A stretch of DNA of 64,000 bases from positions 1 to 64,000 of the forward strand of contig CAWCXJ010000008.1 of assembly GCA_963799485.1 (NCBI GenBank), given 5' to 3'. Position numbers and translations under genes: made by a program. This DNA is from an uncultured Trueperaceae bacterium (GTDB lineage Bacteria; Deinococcota; Deinococci; Deinococcales; Trueperaceae). This document shows positions 60,939 through 64,000 of the stretch, piece after piece (position 1 is the first letter of the stretch; the number at the start of each line of letters is the position of its first letter). A model generated the notes under the pieces. The model searched no databases, had not been told where the DNA came from, and saw nothing but the letters and a program-made list of their open reading frames with translations.

Positions 60939-61526
60939 TCAGTTCCACCCGAAACTTTCGGACATGTAGCGCCACTGGTCAACGTTGTCGGCTCCGTAGG
61001 GCGCAGAAAAGGTCACGGCGACGAGCTCGCCGTTTTTGTAGAAAAGGTATTCGGTGTTCTCGAGCCGAATCTGCTTGTTCGTTACCGGGTTGGGTGCCGA
61101 GTTCGAGGCGTAGTCGATACGCACGGCTTGCCCACCCGGAAGCTGCACGGCTTGCGTGTTGCTGACCTGGACGGCCTGGTTTGAGGCCATCAGCGCCGCA
61201 ACCTGCGTTTGCTGAACGCTGGCGACGGTGGGTGCACTTTGTGCCGTACTCACCTGCACGTCGACGCTGCCGTACTTGTCGGCAAAATGAACGCTCTGCC
61301 CGTTTTCGGAGCGCGCCCAGCCTTCGGGAACCTCGAGGTGAAAGCCTTTGGGCGAAGTGTACGTGACAAATGCCTGCGTATCGGGAATATCACCGGGCGG
61401 ATTGGTTTCGGGCGCAATAGGCTGCTGCTGCGCCGGGAGAGGGGCGTTCGTCTGGGCCAAGGCGGGCGTCAATCCGGTAAGTGCAAGGGTGCCGGTGAGC
61501 AGATAGATAGTTAGTGGACGTTTCAT
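60939..61526 (-). CDS. Secreted protein, PsbP-like fold suspected
   Basis: Signal peptide, PPGDIPD, VPEGW, GADNVDQW..SF. Confidence 0.7.
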   Translation of the reverse strand: MKRPLTIYLLTGTLALTGLTPALAQTNAPLPAQQQPIAPETNPPGDIPDTQAFVTYTSPKGFHLEVPEGWARSENGQSVHFADKYGSVDVQVSTAQSAPTVASVQQTQVAALMASNQAVQVSNTQAVQLPGGQAVRIDYASNSAPNPVTNKQIRLENTEYLFYKNGELVAVTFSAPYGADNVDQWRYMSESFGWN

Positions 61527-61632
61527 GGTCTTCTCCTCTGTGCCGGTTTAGCCCCGGCGACCCGCTTACCTTAAGAGCCGAATGTTGGAGGGAGGTTGAA
61601 GCTTTGCGCGTCCGCTGCGACGGCAGCCAAAG

Positions 61633-61656
61633 AAAAGCCCCCTGATTTCAGGGGGC
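61633..61656 (-). terminator. Terminator
   Basis: aaaagccccctga-tt-tcagggggct. Confidence 0.75.
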
Positions 61657-61685
61657 TGGTGTAGAGCGGTTCGGAGTCGGTCGGC

Positions 61686-62192
61686 CTAGTTGCCGTCTTC
61701 CGTATCGCCTTCATGCTGCTCCTGCCGACCGGAATCTTCCTTATAACTCCCTTCGTTCTTGTCGTGGCTTTCGCCGTTATCTGCCATTTCTTCAGCGCCG
61801 ACCTGCTCGGTTTGCAGCACCTTGCCGTCGCCGGCATCTACCTTGACGGTTTGCTGACCGATAACGACCTCCCAGACCAGAAAGCCGTTCTCGTTGCCTA
61901 ACTCGGCTGAACTCGGCGCGGTTTGAACACCGAGCGAGCTTTGGGCCGCCGTAACTGCCTGATCCAGCGTGACTTTTGCCATACTCGCGTAGGCGGCGGC
62001 TTCCGCGCCTTCGCTCTGATTGTCTTGCGGCAAGGGAATCGAGCCGGTAAAGCTTGGCTGCTGTGTCCGACCCTGCGCCTGCACCGGGGTGTTGGTCGCA
62101 CCGCCTGAAGCCTGGGCAAGCGCAACGGTCGTACCAACCGAGCCGACGAGTAACGCGCCGCTAAGAAGAAGGGTTTTGGTTCGCTCTTTCAT
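61686..62192 (-). CDS. PepSY domain secreted protein
   Basis: VTLDQAVTAA..ELGNENGFLVWEV..VDAGDGKVL; AAGGAG RBS. Confidence 0.85.
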   Translation of the reverse strand: MKERTKTLLLSGALLVGSVGTTVALAQASGGATNTPVQAQGRTQQPSFTGSIPLPQDNQSEGAEAAAYASMAKVTLDQAVTAAQSSLGVQTAPSSAELGNENGFLVWEVVIGQQTVKVDAGDGKVLQTEQVGAEEMADNGESHDKNEGSYKEDSGRQEQHEGDTEDGN

Positions 62193-62404
62193 GATGCTCC
62201 TTTCGCCAAAGGTGGGTGCCTGTTGGCTAGGGTCAAGGTACAGGGTGAATGTTGGAGGGGAGTGGAGAGAAACGCTCACGTATGGGCCACAAACTTAATG
62301 TTTCCGACCATTTTGCTGCGCGCTCTCACGAAATGGGGTTCTCAGGGTGCAAAAAAACAGGGCGTTTACTCGAGCCACCCACTCACTTCTGACTTTTAGC
62401 CGAT

Positions 62405-62437
62405 AAAAAAACCGACACGCTTTGAATGCGTGTCGGT
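62405..62437 (-). terminator. Terminator
   Basis: aaaaaaccgacacgc..gcgtgtcggt. Confidence 0.7.
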
Positions 62438-62462
62438 CAGGTCGAACTGCTCAGCTGAGGGG

Positions 62463-62750
62463 TTAGGCGGATTCTGCTGAAGATGTCGGCTGAGCTGCCA
62501 GCGTGCGCCGCTGCTGCTGCTGCCTGAGCGTAACAAACGTCACCAGCGAGACGATGACGGTCAGGAAGATCAGGCTTGTGTTTACGGTGCCCAGATTGAG
62601 GCCGCCTACGTTTGCCGGTTGCGAGAGCAGGTCGCCGGTCGAGGCTCCGAGCGGGCGGGTCAGGATAAACGCGAGCCAGAAGGCCAGCACGCCGTCCAGC
62701 TTAAAGGTAAAGTGGGCCAGGGCGAAACGTGCCAGGGAGAGCGCGTAACT
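62463..62750 (-). pseudogene. 3' remnant of a COG4705/DUF347 membrane protein
   Basis: AFWLAFILTRPLGASTGDLL..GGLNLGT; 5' part missing. Confidence 0.7.
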
Positions 62751-62874
62751 GCATGCTGTTTTCCTACTTCCGAGTTCCTGCTGCCGAGTTTTACCTACCC
62801 CGACGCGGTAGTTACACCTTCACCGGGTACATCTCTGTAAGAAGTCTGTAATAAACCCTCTGCTACTTTTAGGT

Positions 62875-64000
62875 ATGTCTTCGCAACTGCATCAGCCAAA
62901 AGGCAGCTCGACGGTGCTTTCAGAATCCGTAGTTCCGGCGCTCGAGTTCCCCGCTTTGTGGCACGCCAGCCTCACCGACGACACTTCGCCTCACGCTCAG
63001 GATGTGCTGCAGCTACAAGAACGCGCGGTTGCAGCCGTTGGCAGCGGTGTGACGATTGCCGACGTGCGGCAACCCGACTGCCCGGTCATCTACTGCAACC
63101 CGGCGTTTACTACTATTACCGGGTACACCGCCGCCGACGTGTTGGGCCGCAACTGCCGCTTTTTGCAAGGCCCGGACACCGACCCCGAAATGGTAAGCAA
63201 GATTCGCCACGCCGTCAAACACGGACAGGGCTGCACGGTCGTCTTCAAAAATTACTGTAAAGACGGCGCGCCTTTTTGGAACGAGCTGACGATGACGCCC
63301 GTTCACGACGCTGCTGGAGCGCTCACGCACTTTATCGGCGTGCAAAACGACGTAACGGCCCGCGAAGAAGCCAAAATTGCCTTGGCCCGGGCAAATAGAG
63401 AACTAGAAATTCGGGTGCGGGCGCGCACGGAAGAACTCGAGCAGGCCAACGCCAGGCTCCGCCACGACGCCTTTCACGACGCGCTCACGGGCCTCGCCAA
63501 CCGGGCGCTCTTTTACGACCGCCTCTCTCACGCGCTAGAGCGCGAAAAACGCAATCCGGACGCCGGTTTTGCTGTTTTGTACCTCGACTTCGACCGCTTC
63601 AAGGTCATCAACGATTCGCTCGGGCACCCCGTCGGTGACAAACTGCTCCAAGCCATCGCCGCGCGGCTGTTGGAAAATGTCCGCCCCGGCGACACCGTAG
63701 CGCGTTTGGGCGGCGACGAGTTTACGGTGCTGCTTGAGGATCTAGGCAACTTTAGCGAAGCGGCAGAAATTGCCGAACGTCTCCAGCTGAGTTTTTTAAC
63801 GCCTTTTAAGCTCGCACAGCACGAGCTCTACATTTCGGCGAGTATCGGTCTGGTGCCCAGCAGCGTGGGCTATAACGAAGCCGAAGAGGTGCTGCGCGAC
63901 GCCGACATCGCCATGTACCGGGCCAAAGCCCTGGGCAAAGCGCGTTACGCCGTATTCGATACGCCCATGCGCGAACGGACGCTCGGTTTGATGGCACTCG
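62875..64000 (+). CDS. LOV-GGDEF protein, partial (EAL domain probably follows)
   Basis: Open from ATG 62875 to the window edge; GRNCRFLQ at 63145-63168, DALTGLANR, RLGGDEF; absent from the ORF track. Confidence 0.92.
   Translation, partial: MSSQLHQPKGSSTVLSESVVPALEFPALWHASLTDDTSPHAQDVLQLQERAVAAVGSGVTIADVRQPDCPVIYCNPAFTTITGYTAADVLGRNCRFLQGPDTDPEMVSKIRHAVKHGQGCTVVFKNYCKDGAPFWNELTMTPVHDAAGALTHFIGVQNDVTAREEAKIALARANRELEIRVRARTEELEQANARLRHDAFHDALTGLANRALFYDRLSHALEREKRNPDAGFAVLYLDFDRFKVINDSLGHPVGDKLLQAIAARLLENVRPGDTVARLGGDEFTVLLEDLGNFSEAAEIAERLQLSFLTPFKLAQHELYISASIGLVPSSVGYNEAEEVLRDADIAMYRAKALGKARYAVFDTPMRERTLGLMAL

Overview
GC-rich bacterial chromosome segment, most likely from a Deinococcota (Truepera-like) organism. 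This is inferred from gene content, many leaderless TAnnnT-N5-7-ATG starts and strong CTCGAG enrichment. In order: an accessory SHOCT/DUF302/nhaA block with several gene remnants (1-6.5 kb); housekeeping genes (HIT, proB, asd, split mnmC, OSBS/NAAAR, trmFO, trxB; 6.6-27.4 kb); a decaying ~12.5 kb phage-satellite-like element integrated in tRNA-fMet (27827-40368); stress and membrane genes; a three-sulfotransferase/flippase/GT4 glycan locus; a two-component-regulated PepSY/ABC/UppP/PAP2 envelope locus with a shared promoter box; and a LOV-GGDEF gene running off the right edge. The element has 45-bp att repeats, integrase arm sites, primase and helicase genes carrying two inverted iteron arrays, an IS5 remnant and a truncated phage tail-like gene. 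All family calls come from motif recognition by eye; no database searches were run.
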